This document shows positions 51,707 through 62,921 of a DNA stretch of 64,000 nt, in pieces. Position 1 is the first letter of the stretch, and each line of letters starts with the position of its first letter. The position numbers were made by a program, and so were the translations under genes. Below the pieces are notes generated by a model. It saw only the letters and a list, made by a program, of their open reading frames with translations. It had not been told where the DNA came from and searched no databases. Source of the DNA: Heterostelium pallidum (Eukaryota); NCBI RefSeq assembly GCF_000004825.1, contig NW_008805072.1:684435-748434 (forward strand). The letters are read 5' to 3'.

Positions 51707-54240
51707 TTATAAATTTTTTAATAAATGATTGATTCTAAATGCTTCTATTGATACTCTATTGTTGATATCTCTAATACCATGTCTCTCTTTACAGAGCATT
51801 TTTAGTATATATGGTTTACCATTAGTTTGTAACTCCTCAACCAATAGCAAAGTATTAGCAAAATGTACATTTTCATCTTGTATACCATGAATTAAAACCA
51901 ATCTATCCAATCTAAAAATATATAGTGTGTTGGTTAATTGTTGATTATCAAAGTTTGATAGTTGATATATAATTAATTGATTATAACTTACTGATCTGGG
52001 AAATTATTTAGATAACTAAGTACGTTACCTAATTTGTAACCCTCAGGATTGTTCTTTGGTGTATTCATGTAACGTTCGGTGTATCCAGTGTTGTAGGTCT
52101 CCCAGAGAGTGACAGGTGCACCAGAGATTGCAACCTTGAAAAAGTCTGGACGTTGAGCAATACCCATCAGTGCAAGATAACCACCGTAGCTCCATCCTTG
52201 AATGGCGACTCTTTCCAAGTCGAGTGAGATTTGATTTCTAGCGAGATACTCAATGCCCTCGACTTGATCCTGAATCTCAATTGTACCCATACGTTCACGT
52301 AGATGACCTTCAAACTCCAGTCCACGATTGGTCGATCCGGTTCCATCGATGTAGATAGAGATGAAACCAAACTCTGAGAGGAACTGTCTGGCCAGACTGT
52401 ATGAGTTATTGACTATCTGGACGTGTGGACCGCCATAGACACAGCAGACGCTTGGATAGAGCGTGGCGGGGTTGTAGTCAGCAGGCAAATAGTAGCATCC
52501 ATAGATCTTACGACCCTTGGAATTGACAAAGCTAAAGAGAGTCGGTGTTCTCGGTTTGAGAGCAATCGATTTCTCAACGTTGATGGTTGTGATCAGAGTT
52601 GGACATGGGAAGTGGTCGTCGCCTCTAAACTCGAGCTGATAGACTTGACTGAGTGGGGCGTCTTTGACCGACGAGTAGTTGCTGACGAAGCGAGTAAAGT
52701 TTGGTGATAGCTGGATCGATGTGTGATGATGTCCCTGGTTGGTGAGACGTCTGATATCACAGGGTTTCGAGTTGGCAGCATACGAGCAGACATAGAGATG
52801 GTTCTCAAGCGGCGAGTCTGCACTCGCCTCAAAGTAGATGAGAAGACGCGATTGGTCGATCCAGAGTTTCTCGCCGACAACCCAGCTGCCCTCAGTTAGT
52901 TGACGTGTCTTTACGTTGGTGTAGTTCGACTCCCAGCTGACGAGATAGAGATGACGGAATCCAGAGGATTCATTCGACCAAATCAGATTGTTGCCATCGA
53001 GGAATGTGATGTGGTCGACGACATTCACCCACAGATTGGAACGGTCACTCAACAACACTGGCAAATCCGAAGGTGTTTCGCTGAATTGAGACAGCGGAAT
53101 CATCACCAAATCCAAACGTTGTTGCAATCTATCCATCAACTGAACCCAAACACTCTTTCCATCCTTTGACCATCCACCACGAACATAATATTCCAGCCAT
53201 TCAAACTTACTTTTCAAATCAAACAAATAATTTTGTTTACATTCCAATTCATTCTTTAACATGTAATAATAATAATAATAATAATATTAGTATAAATCAA
53301 CTACTATTTACAAAAATAACAACAATTATACTTACAGATTCATTAAAGGTAAGAGTTAATAGACATAGACGAACTTTGGTATTTTCGTCACCTGCCAATG
53401 GATATTTGTAATGAGTGGTAGTTCCAGTGTATCCATGTTGTGAGATATAGAAATCACGGACATGACGCTCATCTTCCTCAAAGTAGAATATTTGATATTG
53501 GTTGGGTGCAGCAGAGGTTGGTGACCACCAATATCCAGTGTATCTGGAGAACTCTTCACTGTACACGAATTTCGATTCACCGGCAGAGACAAACTCTGAT
53601 ATTTTACGGGTATGTGTAAGACGATGACGTTGTCCACTTGCTAGATGAGTCACCCAGATATCACCTTCCTCAATGAATGCGACCAGTTTGGCATCGTGTG
53701 AGAGTTTCGGGTCGAACGAACCACAATTTAGCTTCTCAAGCGCCGGTGAATGAACTCCAGCACTACCACCGATATCGACAATATACAAATCATTACTCAT
53801 TGCAGCCAAAAAATGTTTGGTATTCTCATTAAAGTCATAGGAGGTGATACCATTACCAATGATTCTCTGTCTTTCTCTCATCAATTCCTCTTCGATTGAC
53901 ATCTCTTTATTTGATTCTCTATATGCAAATAGTGGTTTAATATCTTTGAATACCAATAATAATAATAATAATAATTTAGTTAGTTAGTTAGTTAAAATAT
54001 TATTATAAATCTATAGATGATGTTACCAGATAGTTTTTGATTGTTTTCAATGTTGATATAGTGAATACTCAACATTGATTGACTTTGAGTGTTTGTAAGA
54101 AAGAATAGATGATTGTCATTGTCAAATTGATACTTTGATGGTGAAAATGAGTACTCTTCCATTGCCAATAGCTTTATGATATCATCTTTTGTATAACCCT
54201 TGTTATTGTGCTGAATCATAATCTTATTTCCAGCAGTCAT
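51707..54240 (-). CDS. Dipeptidyl peptidase 8/9-like serine peptidase (S9B family); CDS join(54027..54240,53336..53943,51992..53253,51707..51911)
   Basis: Catalytic GWSYGGY nucleophile elbow, then LIHGIQDENVHF. Collinear with DPP8/9, for example YPLAGDENTKV ~ YPKAGTPNPKV; RHLYLVSWES; CCVYGGPHVQIVNNSY ~ LFIYGGPQVQLVNNRF. Three introns of 80-83 nt with GTAACA, GTAAGT and GTAAGT donors. Confidence 0.88.
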
Positions 54241-54450
54241 TCTTTTTGTTTATTCTTTAAATAAAATACAAATATACAATAAATATTACAAAATAATAAT
54301 ATGATACTGTATTAATAAAAGTGATCACATTAATCATTTAATTTAATTTATTTTAAAGTTTTTTTTTTTAAAAAAGTTTAATTTATATTTTAGATTGAAC
54401 TTCAAGAAAGTAGCCAACACAAAATAAAAAAAAGTTGCACTAAAAAAGTT

Positions 54451-54547
54451 GATTGACATGACTTAATATAGATAATTGTCGAATCGATTTGTTTTTTTTT
54501 TATTTCTTTTTCGATTCGACAATTATCTATATTAAGTCATGTCAATC
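54451..54547. repeat. Perfect hairpin palindrome with 37-bp arms (gattgacatgacttaatatagataattgtcgaatcga) around a 23-nt T-rich spacer, in the divergent DPP-like / ankyrin-gene promoter
   Basis: Right arm 54511-54547, tcgattcgacaattatctatattaagtcatgtcaatc, is the exact reverse complement of left arm 54451-54487 (checked base by base). Confidence 0.9.
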
Positions 54548-54607
54548 AACCTTTTTTATAATTGATTCTATAATTATCTATATATATAGATAAAATAAAC
54601 AACTAAA

Positions 54608-56293
54608 ATGGATAACAAACTATTTTCTAGTCTATTTAAAAATGTTGTTATAAATAAATTGATATTTGACAATGTTAAATCGATTAATAGATTGAGAGGA
54701 GAAGGAAATGTTTACAAATGGAGTCAAGTAATTCAATTGCCACACGTTCAAGCAGGTAACAACTATCTACATTTGTTAAAAGAGAGTTTACAAATGAATT
54801 TTGGTGCATTCCAGATCTTCAGAAATGCAGTGCATGCCGGTAGTCTCGAGATGTTTGAATACCTGTTGCAATACTACCGATTTACCACCGCTCAGATATC
54901 ATTAGATAGAGTTTCCACGTTGAAAGAGCAACTTCTCAACTCTATACTCATCAATGCATCTCGTTGCAATCGATTGGATATCATTGAGTGTCTGCTCCGC
55001 ACATTTCCAACTTATCGATGGGATTTCTATGGTGCTATGGTGGATGCTCCATACTCTGGCAACTGGGAGATACTGAAGCGACTGAAGAAGTTACACGAGC
55101 AACATAACAACGACAGTGACTTCTCATATTGCAGTGTATTTGATTCCGCTGCTTCAGTTGGACGACTCGACATGATACAGTGGTTGTTGGTTAATCGTTC
55201 TGAAGATTTCGAGAAAAGCGAAATGTTAATACCAGCAATTGAAGCTGGTCATCTTCCTGTCGTTGAATATATCCTAAGAGAGCATAAAGAGCTGTTGGAT
55301 AAAGAGGACAAAGTGCTCGTGAAAACCGCAGCTGTCAACGGTCATTTGGATGTCCTAAAGTTGTTGTACGAAGAGAAGTTTTCAGTTCCAGATAATATCG
55401 TTGATGATGCAGCACTGAGTGGAAATCTAAAGTTGATCAAGTGGTTACAGGAGAATAAGATTGGCGTTGCTTCTCTTCGGGCGATCCAAAGCGCTGTCAC
55501 CATAGAAGATCTACAAACCTTGGTATGGTTGTATCATAATTCATCTGATGTAGTACATCTAAACATACCATTTATTGTAAAACTGGCAGTTGCTAACAAC
55601 CATTTGAGTGTAGTTAAGTGGTTGCTCGAAAATACAACAACTGAACGACACATCGATAGTGAAACAATAGTGAACGTTGCCAAAGGAAATTATTTCGATA
55701 TGTTTCAATTTTTACTAAAGAATGCACAGGTTCAAATTCCAGATAATCTTTTGGATATCGTGGTGTCGCGAGGTCATTTCAAATTCATCAAATATCTACA
55801 TGAGAATACAACTCTTTCATGTTCTACCAACTCTATGGATTATTCTTGTAGCTACGGTAGACTTGAAATTGTAAAGTTTCTCCATGGGAATAGAAGTGAA
55901 AGTTTCAGCTCTAAAGCAATGGATAATGCTTGTGTCATTGGCTGCCTTGATATCTTGGAGTTTCTACATAAAAATCGAACAGAAGGATGCACAAACGAAG
56001 CATTTCTATTGGCAATGGATAGAGGTGAGTTTAAAACTCTTCGATGGCTCCTGGAAAACCGAACAGAGATCAACATTCAATCGATCCCACTCGAACACTT
56101 CAACATCTACGATCTATTGGTAAATAACTACCATGATTGTCTGGAATTGCTACTCAATCAACGATCAATTCCAATCGATCTGGCAAAACAATACTTGAAG
56201 AGAGCTGTTGATATCTATAAAAATTCTATTGAATCGATTCAAGTTTTAAATCAATATATTGAAAAACATCAGATGTACCAAACTAATAAATAA
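54608..56293 (+). CDS. Ankyrin-repeat protein with degenerate repeats of the form G(H/N)L.V(V/L)K(W/F)L(L/H)EN; single exon
   Basis: A 561-aa ORF with about 12 tandem ~30-aa helical repeats (AAVNGHLDVLKLLYEE, AALSGNLKLIKWLQEN, AVANNHLSVVKWLLEN, SRGHFKFIKYLHEN, ...). Confidence 0.7.
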   Translation: MDNKLFSSLFKNVVINKLIFDNVKSINRLRGEGNVYKWSQVIQLPHVQAGNNYLHLLKESLQMNFGAFQIFRNAVHAGSLEMFEYLLQYYRFTTAQISLDRVSTLKEQLLNSILINASRCNRLDIIECLLRTFPTYRWDFYGAMVDAPYSGNWEILKRLKKLHEQHNNDSDFSYCSVFDSAASVGRLDMIQWLLVNRSEDFEKSEMLIPAIEAGHLPVVEYILREHKELLDKEDKVLVKTAAVNGHLDVLKLLYEEKFSVPDNIVDDAALSGNLKLIKWLQENKIGVASLRAIQSAVTIEDLQTLVWLYHNSSDVVHLNIPFIVKLAVANNHLSVVKWLLENTTTERHIDSETIVNVAKGNYFDMFQFLLKNAQVQIPDNLLDIVVSRGHFKFIKYLHENTTLSCSTNSMDYSCSYGRLEIVKFLHGNRSESFSSKAMDNACVIGCLDILEFLHKNRTEGCTNEAFLLAMDRGEFKTLRWLLENRTEINIQSIPLEHFNIYDLLVNNYHDCLELLLNQRSIPIDLAKQYLKRAVDIYKNSIESIQVLNQYIEKHQMYQTNK

Positions 56294-56334
56294 TAAAAAC
56301 TATTGTTTTTCTTTTTGCAGATTAATAATATAGT

Positions 56335-58937
56335 TTATTTCTTTTCAAGAGATAATCTTTTTTTGAATTCTTTTTTTGGAACTTGGAAATAGTTTTCAAT
56401 AAACATGATACTCTCTGGTGTTAATGAAATCTGAGAATCTCTTTTGTTGAGTGATTTTGCAGATTTATCCAGTTGTGCGATGTTGTGTTGGCTCACCATA
56501 TCCAAAATGTTTAGGAGAGCGGGTTCCTCGAAAAACTCTGTTGAATCCGATCGAAGTAAAGTCTCCAGATCCAAATGATGACGGCCAACTATCGATTGGA
56601 ATGTAGTTTGTTTCAAAAATTCGACTCTCTCCTTTGCAGTGGTGTACGATATCAAGATGTAGTAGAGGAGGTCGACATCGATCGATTTACTAACGATCGT
56701 TGCCAGTCCATTTCCAGCGGTGATATAATCTCTGATGATATCGGATCGTCCCAGACCAGTGAGATAACCAAACAGCTTTTTGAGATAGAATACTTTCTTG
56801 AGAATAAACGATGAGCCGGTGAGGAGTTGCTTGTAGATCTCATCGGAGAGGACATACTCACGGATGCTCTCCGTGCCATTGACCGACGAATGATGCTGGA
56901 TGAACAACTGTATTCCCAGTTCAATGAAATGGTCGTTCTTCTTTGGTGTGACTTGATAGAGCTTGAGATCGTCGCTGGTGATAGGACGACTTGGATTCTC
57001 TTGGAGTTGATGCTCCAAATCCAGCAGTTGTTTAGTGGAGCTTTCGGTACCACCGAAAATCAGTGCGAAAACATCGGACGGTATCTTTTGGCCCGACTTT
57101 TCTTGGACAACGAGCAGATGATTCTGGAATGCTTTGAGTGTGTTTCGAGAGAAGCTAATTTGCACCTTTTGTGACGCACGGAACAATTGGTAGCCAAGAT
57201 TCAGTAGATGTGGATTCTCTTTGCCAGTCTCAAAGAATAGGTTGATGAATGATTCAATGACGGGTGTGGAGTAGATATAGCTAAACTTGTTCTCCAACTT
57301 TAGCTGTGCAATCACCTTGTTGAGATCAGAGTATTTAATCTGACGCATATAGTAGATTGGATGGAAGAGGACGGCACGCAACACACCATTGACATCACTC
57401 TCTAGCAGTTTGAATACCGATTTGCTGTGGAACGAGTCACCGGCCACTGCATGAACAGCGGCAAACAGTGAAACGCCAAACGGAATATTGTTACGCTGTG
57501 AGAATCCCTCGAGTAGTTTAGCGATTTTCGGTGCATCCTTACTCTGGATGGCGAGATCCAACGAGCTCTGTTGAGGATAGCTCTTAAAGTGTGCCCGGGT
57601 TTCGCTGTAGAGTTGATCGCCGTTGTTTAGGAATGGCTGGAGTGATGCGATGTGCTGTGCCTGCTTGGAGTAGTCGCGAGTCGCTTGGATTTGGGTGATG
57701 TCGTCGATGGCGCTCAGCTGGTGGAGCGAACGCCAGTGGCTGTCGGCAGCCGAGTTGACATGGTGATTCTGGTGGTAGAGGTTGAATGCGATCAACGTCG
57801 ATTTGTTTGGTGCCATCTCGAGCGTCGTGAAATAGCTGTAGAACTTGAGTGCGAGATGATAGAAATCGGTGTGTAAACAGTAGACGATGGCGTCGTGTAG
57901 GATCGCATTGGCATTCGCTTGGTTCATAAGGATATCCACTACGTTTGGTGAGTGTTTAATACAACAGAGATGTGCAAGTAGCTGACCAATCATTCTAATA
58001 TCACTGTTGTTACCGCCACGCGCAAACAAACGTATCAAATTCGAGAGAGAAGTCGTTCTATTCTCACGAGGAATCGAGAGAATCCAACGAGACAACAGTT
58101 CCAATCTATAGTTATTCGGTAGACGAAGCAGTAACTCTTTCTTTGCCGCCGGTTTCAACTGTGTCATTATTATCTCTAGAATTTTATAAAGATTCTCTCT
58201 TCTATTTGAAAAAGTTAATGTAATTGGTTGTTGTTGTTGTTGTTGCTGTTGCTGTTCTGTTTGTTGTTCTGATTGTTGTTGCTGTGATGGTTGTTGTTGT
58301 TTCTTTATCTCATTCAGATCATCTTGATATTGTAGTTTCAATTGTGATACAAAGAAATCTAACAGTGGTGAATGTGTCAATGAATAGTTTGATATCAACT
58401 TGAGTGTATCCTCTTGATACAATCTCGTTGTTATTGTATCTTCTGCCAATTGTACGATTGGATCATTCTTTTTATCTTGACTCTGACTATTATTTGTTTG
58501 TCCAAGTTGTAGTTGCTGAATGAATTGTATATGTTGAAGTTGTTTTTGTATATCTTCCTTTGCATTGTTATTATTATTGCTATTGTTATTTGTAGATCTA
58601 TATAATCATAATGATAATGAATTTAATTATGTTAATTTAATTTTATTCATTTGCAAAAACAAACACACACACATCAATTTACATACTTTGAATTTAAAAT
58701 ATCTCTTCTATTTGACTTTAACTTATATTGACCATTTTTAGGAGGTCTATATCTAGATTTAGATGTCGATGTCGATGTCGGTGTAGATGTAGATACTGAT
58801 GATGTTGATGCTGTTGTAGATGATGTTGGTTGATTATTATAACATCTAATAAAATAAAAACGATCTACAAATGTGTTGAGGAAATATCTTTTGTTTGATA
58901 TACTGCTACTACTACTACTACCTAATAATCCAAACAT
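56335..58937 (-). CDS. Helical-repeat (PPR/TPR-like?) protein with a putative mitochondrial presequence and internal poly-Q; CDS join(58687..58937,56335..58597)
   Basis: N-terminal MFGLLGSSSSSSISNKRYFLNTFVDRFYFIRCYNN is basic/hydroxylated with no acidic residues. An 89-nt intron from GTATGT to TTATATAG restores the frame into the 754-codon ORF. No confident family assignment. Confidence 0.6.
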
Positions 58938-59209
58938 ATTTAAAACAAATTAATTTAAATAAAAATGACAATGCTTTTGATCATATGCCAAATAAAAACG
59001 AAATAAATTAGAATCATCCAAGATTTTAATTTCAAAAATTATTAATAATGTAAATAACAGTTTAAACTTGGAATCACTTGTTTTGAATATCGTGATCACA
59101 TCATTATTATTAGTTTAAATTATATATTTGACTTTGCAAATAGATAGTACTTTAGTTTTTATTCTATTATCTATCTCTATACCAAAAAAAAAAGATAAAC
59201 TTTTAAAAC

Positions 59210-60697
59210 ATGTTACCATTTATAATTCAAAGAAATATATTATCAAAACTATTTAATAATAATAATAATATATTTACATTAAAAGAATATATTATTAATA
59301 ATAATAATAGTAGTGATAAAAAGATTAAAAGAAATAATAAAAGAAATAATATATTGGATAATAATTTCAAAGATCTCCTATCTAATGATAACAATGCTCA
59401 ATTGAGTTGTTGCAGTTTAGTTTGTAAACAATGGTTCAAGTTGATCGCAACTGAATATTGTACGAGATATTACATTGGCATTGATATCGATTGGAGATAC
59501 TTTGATGAATCCGATATATTATCAGAGGATCAGATATTTAGTACGGTTAATCCAACCTATGATATTAAAATATTGAATAATGTAAATTCAATGATCAAGA
59601 ATCAAATTAGATCCTCTAGTAATAGACTATCGAGTAATCATTCAATATATCAGTATAGCAATATCAATCATTTATATTATAATTCTAATTTCGTAAATAA
59701 TCATAGTATTGATAACTATCAAGATAATGATAATCAATATAATCAACATCAATATCTATTGAATTGGTTATACAAATTCACAAGCCTACAACGCTTAACT
59801 ATAAAGACAGAGTGTCCTTATTTAGTTAACGATATTCTCGATCGATTCCCACATCTCAAGATTGAGTTGTACGTAGAGCAATCACCATTCTATCTATATA
59901 AAGATATGTTGGATATGTCGGATATCGATGAGACTACATTGGAGTTTGTACATCTCAACGTTGAAGGTATACATCAAATGATAGCATACGATAATCCAGA
60001 GAAATACTACAACCAATACGTTAGGCAGTGGAGAACCAATTCATTTTCATTCAGCTATATAGGTCGTGACTCTGAGATCTCGCATATCTCCTACAAGAAT
60101 CTATTACAGCTATCACTCTTGGAATCAAGTAGACTTCGACATATAAAGATAGTTAATGATTATATAGATACAAAGTATCTAAGTTTAATAGTTGATAGTA
60201 AGAGTTGTATTGTTTCATTCAAATCAAAGGTTGCTTTCGGTATCTACGAAATGAGTCATCAGTATCATGGTCAGCATGTTGGTGAGCTATTTCAATGGTG
60301 TAGCTGTCTTTCAACTCAGTCATTCTCGGAGCTCTATGGTAGAAACCGTCTTGAACACTGGGAGCAATTCTGTCAGCTACTCGCCAACAATAAAACACTT
60401 AGACGTCTATCGCTAACGAATGTCTGCAAAGTACATCTATTACAACAACCGGAAACCATAGAGAGTATGTCAAATCAACTAAGTATAGCACTCTCTAACA
60501 ACAACACTTTGGTTAGTCTAACGATATCCGGTCTTTTTCTTACTGAATCGTTCTTTGACGCCATTGCACATAGTAACACAACCATTCAATACCTAAAAAT
60601 CAAAGACATAACAACACAACAAATTCATCAATTAAAAGAAGTATCAAAACATAACAAATTTATTAAAATAAAGTTTGTTCAAAACAACTATCAATAA
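59210..60697 (+). CDS. F-box protein with C-terminal LRR-like region; single exon
   Basis: F-box consensus LPFIIQRNILSKL...LLSNDNNAQLSCCSLVCKQWFKLI. Downstream are leucine-rich segments (LRRLSLTNVCKVHLL, LVSLTISGLFL). Confidence 0.7.
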   Translation: MLPFIIQRNILSKLFNNNNNIFTLKEYIINNNNSSDKKIKRNNKRNNILDNNFKDLLSNDNNAQLSCCSLVCKQWFKLIATEYCTRYYIGIDIDWRYFDESDILSEDQIFSTVNPTYDIKILNNVNSMIKNQIRSSSNRLSSNHSIYQYSNINHLYYNSNFVNNHSIDNYQDNDNQYNQHQYLLNWLYKFTSLQRLTIKTECPYLVNDILDRFPHLKIELYVEQSPFYLYKDMLDMSDIDETTLEFVHLNVEGIHQMIAYDNPEKYYNQYVRQWRTNSFSFSYIGRDSEISHISYKNLLQLSLLESSRLRHIKIVNDYIDTKYLSLIVDSKSCIVSFKSKVAFGIYEMSHQYHGQHVGELFQWCSCLSTQSFSELYGRNRLEHWEQFCQLLANNKTLRRLSLTNVCKVHLLQQPETIESMSNQLSIALSNNNTLVSLTISGLFLTESFFDAIAHSNTTIQYLKIKDITTQQIHQLKEVSKHNKFIKIKFVQNNYQ

Positions 60698-61173
60698 TTA
60701 TAAAAATTATCTATTTTTTTATCTTTTATTTTTGGCATGTCAAAAAGAATTATATATAATTAACTATTTTTTCTTTTATTTTCAGCTATCTTGTATACTT
60801 ACTTACAGAAGTAGTTATCATCATCATCAACAAGATTTATAATCAAGTTTTCAAGTACAATAGTTTATGTGTTGCAAAAGAAATAAAGATAAGAGTTAAT
60901 AAACATTGTTTCAAACTTTTAAACAATCTTTTTATTTTCCAAGTAATCACAACCATTGACATCATCACCAAATATCTAAAATATCAATTGTAATAATTTT
61001 ATAAAAATATTTAAAAATAAAAGAATTGGTGTGGTTCTTTGATTTCATTGCATTGTAAATTCGACTATTCATTTATTTTTTTTTGTTTTATTCCATTTTT
61101 ATTTTACATGTATTTATATATCTTTGAGAGTTAACAAACAACTCTTGAAGAATCATCGAATTGTTTTAATAGA

Positions 61174-62838
61174 ATGTATATTATAAAATATTATTTTTAT
61201 TGTGCAATAATATTTTTTATCTTAATAAGTGGTAGTACATGTAGAATCAATGAAGCGTCGTCCTCATTATTATCATCATCATCATCATCATCATCATCGA
61301 TACTCTCAAAAAGATTAGGAGACTATTCAACTACTACATTTACAATCTATGTTAATCAAACTAGTAATTTCACAGAGGTGCTATGTGGAGCCAATATGAC
61401 GTCGGGTTGTCAAACGATGAACGATGCATTGAACTCCTATTACTACCAATCGAGTGTCATCACCGACGCAACCAACGTAGTCATCATACTGAACAGTGGT
61501 GTCTACACAGGTATCAATAATACCAATCTTTCTCTAAGCAATATAAACATAACATTTACAACTTATGATAACAATAACAATAATAATAATAATAATAGTA
61601 CAACCAATTCGACAAATACAAATATTGAAACTACAATCGATTTACAATCACAATCAAGATTCTTGGATATAAATAGTAATTCTCAACAATCACAATCAGT
61701 ACAGACACTGGTTTCCATCAATAATCTGAATATAGTGAATGGCGCTGCTGACGATGGTGCCGTCATTCGTACGCTTGGAAGCGAGGGAACCGTCTATATC
61801 AGTATCAACAACAGCTATATTGCATCAAACAATGCCAATCAATATGGAGGTGTATTCTACTTCCAACAGAACAGCAGTCCACAACTATCGGTCACCAATT
61901 CAATACTGATCAATAACACTGCTAGAACTCATGGCGCCATCATCTACTCTGAACAGCAGGTGATCACATCGTTTTACGACTGCCAGCTGACTTACAACCA
62001 GGCAGTCCAAGGCAATGGAATCATCTATGCAATGAACAGCTCCACCGTGTTACAACGATGTAACATTAGCAACAACCAAGTACTACAGGGATCGATTATC
62101 CACACCTCTGACGAAGTACTGGGTGTCGCCTATACCAACTTCACTGGCAATCGATTTACAAACGCAACACTCTACTCTGAGAATGGATATCTACACATGT
62201 CGGACACGGTGTTCAGTGAGAATTGCTGTGGAAGTCAAATCATGCTCATCGGAGAGAATGGCGAGGTGCGAGCGTTCAACTCGCTGTTCACCGCTAATCA
62301 AGGTTCCGGCGAGTATCCAGAGGTGATACGTCTACAGGATCAAGTGATAAGCTACATCACCAACTCGACATTCAGCGATAATCAAGGTGGTATTCTCTAT
62401 TCCGACAGTATATTGGCATCGACTTTTGAGTGGTGTCAATTCCTTGACAACCAACCGATTGCTGTCGACACTGACAACGGCCAGCCCTACAGCATCTACG
62501 TACAGGACACTAGGAATTTGAAATTCTTTGATAGCTATTTTAGACCAAACAATTCATACATCTATTGTCTGACCAGTCAGATCACAATGCAATCACCTAT
62601 CAACCAGACAGCACCACAGATTCTCTGTGGCAGTGATTGTTTGACAATTGGTGAGGCACTATGCTACGGTAGTTCATCGTACGAACCAAAGAAACCACGA
62701 CTAACAAACGCAGATGTCGGTGGAATCATTTTTGGAACAACCATGGGTGTTGTTGGACTTGGATTGCTTGGTGTTTATCTATATAGAAGATTCTACAGAA
62801 ATCCAGAAGAAAAGTTCCAATATCAACCAATTGCATAA
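61174..62838 (+). CDS. Type I membrane protein with a Pmp-like (GGA[ILV] / FxxN) parallel beta-helix repeat ectodomain; single exon
   Basis: Signal peptide. Repeated GGVFYF, HGAIIYS, GNGIIYAM, QGSIIHT, GGILYSD paired with FTGNRF, FSENCCG, FTANQG, FSDNQG, in the arrangement of chlamydial polymorphic-membrane-protein repeats. One TM (IIFGTTMGVVGLGLLGVYLY) and a short cytoplasmic tail. Confidence 0.75.
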   Translation: MYIIKYYFYCAIIFFILISGSTCRINEASSSLLSSSSSSSSSILSKRLGDYSTTTFTIYVNQTSNFTEVLCGANMTSGCQTMNDALNSYYYQSSVITDATNVVIILNSGVYTGINNTNLSLSNINITFTTYDNNNNNNNNNSTTNSTNTNIETTIDLQSQSRFLDINSNSQQSQSVQTLVSINNLNIVNGAADDGAVIRTLGSEGTVYISINNSYIASNNANQYGGVFYFQQNSSPQLSVTNSILINNTARTHGAIIYSEQQVITSFYDCQLTYNQAVQGNGIIYAMNSSTVLQRCNISNNQVLQGSIIHTSDEVLGVAYTNFTGNRFTNATLYSENGYLHMSDTVFSENCCGSQIMLIGENGEVRAFNSLFTANQGSGEYPEVIRLQDQVISYITNSTFSDNQGGILYSDSILASTFEWCQFLDNQPIAVDTDNGQPYSIYVQDTRNLKFFDSYFRPNNSYIYCLTSQITMQSPINQTAPQILCGSDCLTIGEALCYGSSSYEPKKPRLTNADVGGIIFGTTMGVVGLGLLGVYLYRRFYRNPEEKFQYQPIA

Positions 62839-62921
62839 TAATAAAGAAAAGAAAAAAAGAAACAAAAAAAAAACAATAAATAATATTATTTAATATGTAA
62901 TATTTACAAATAATTATTTTA

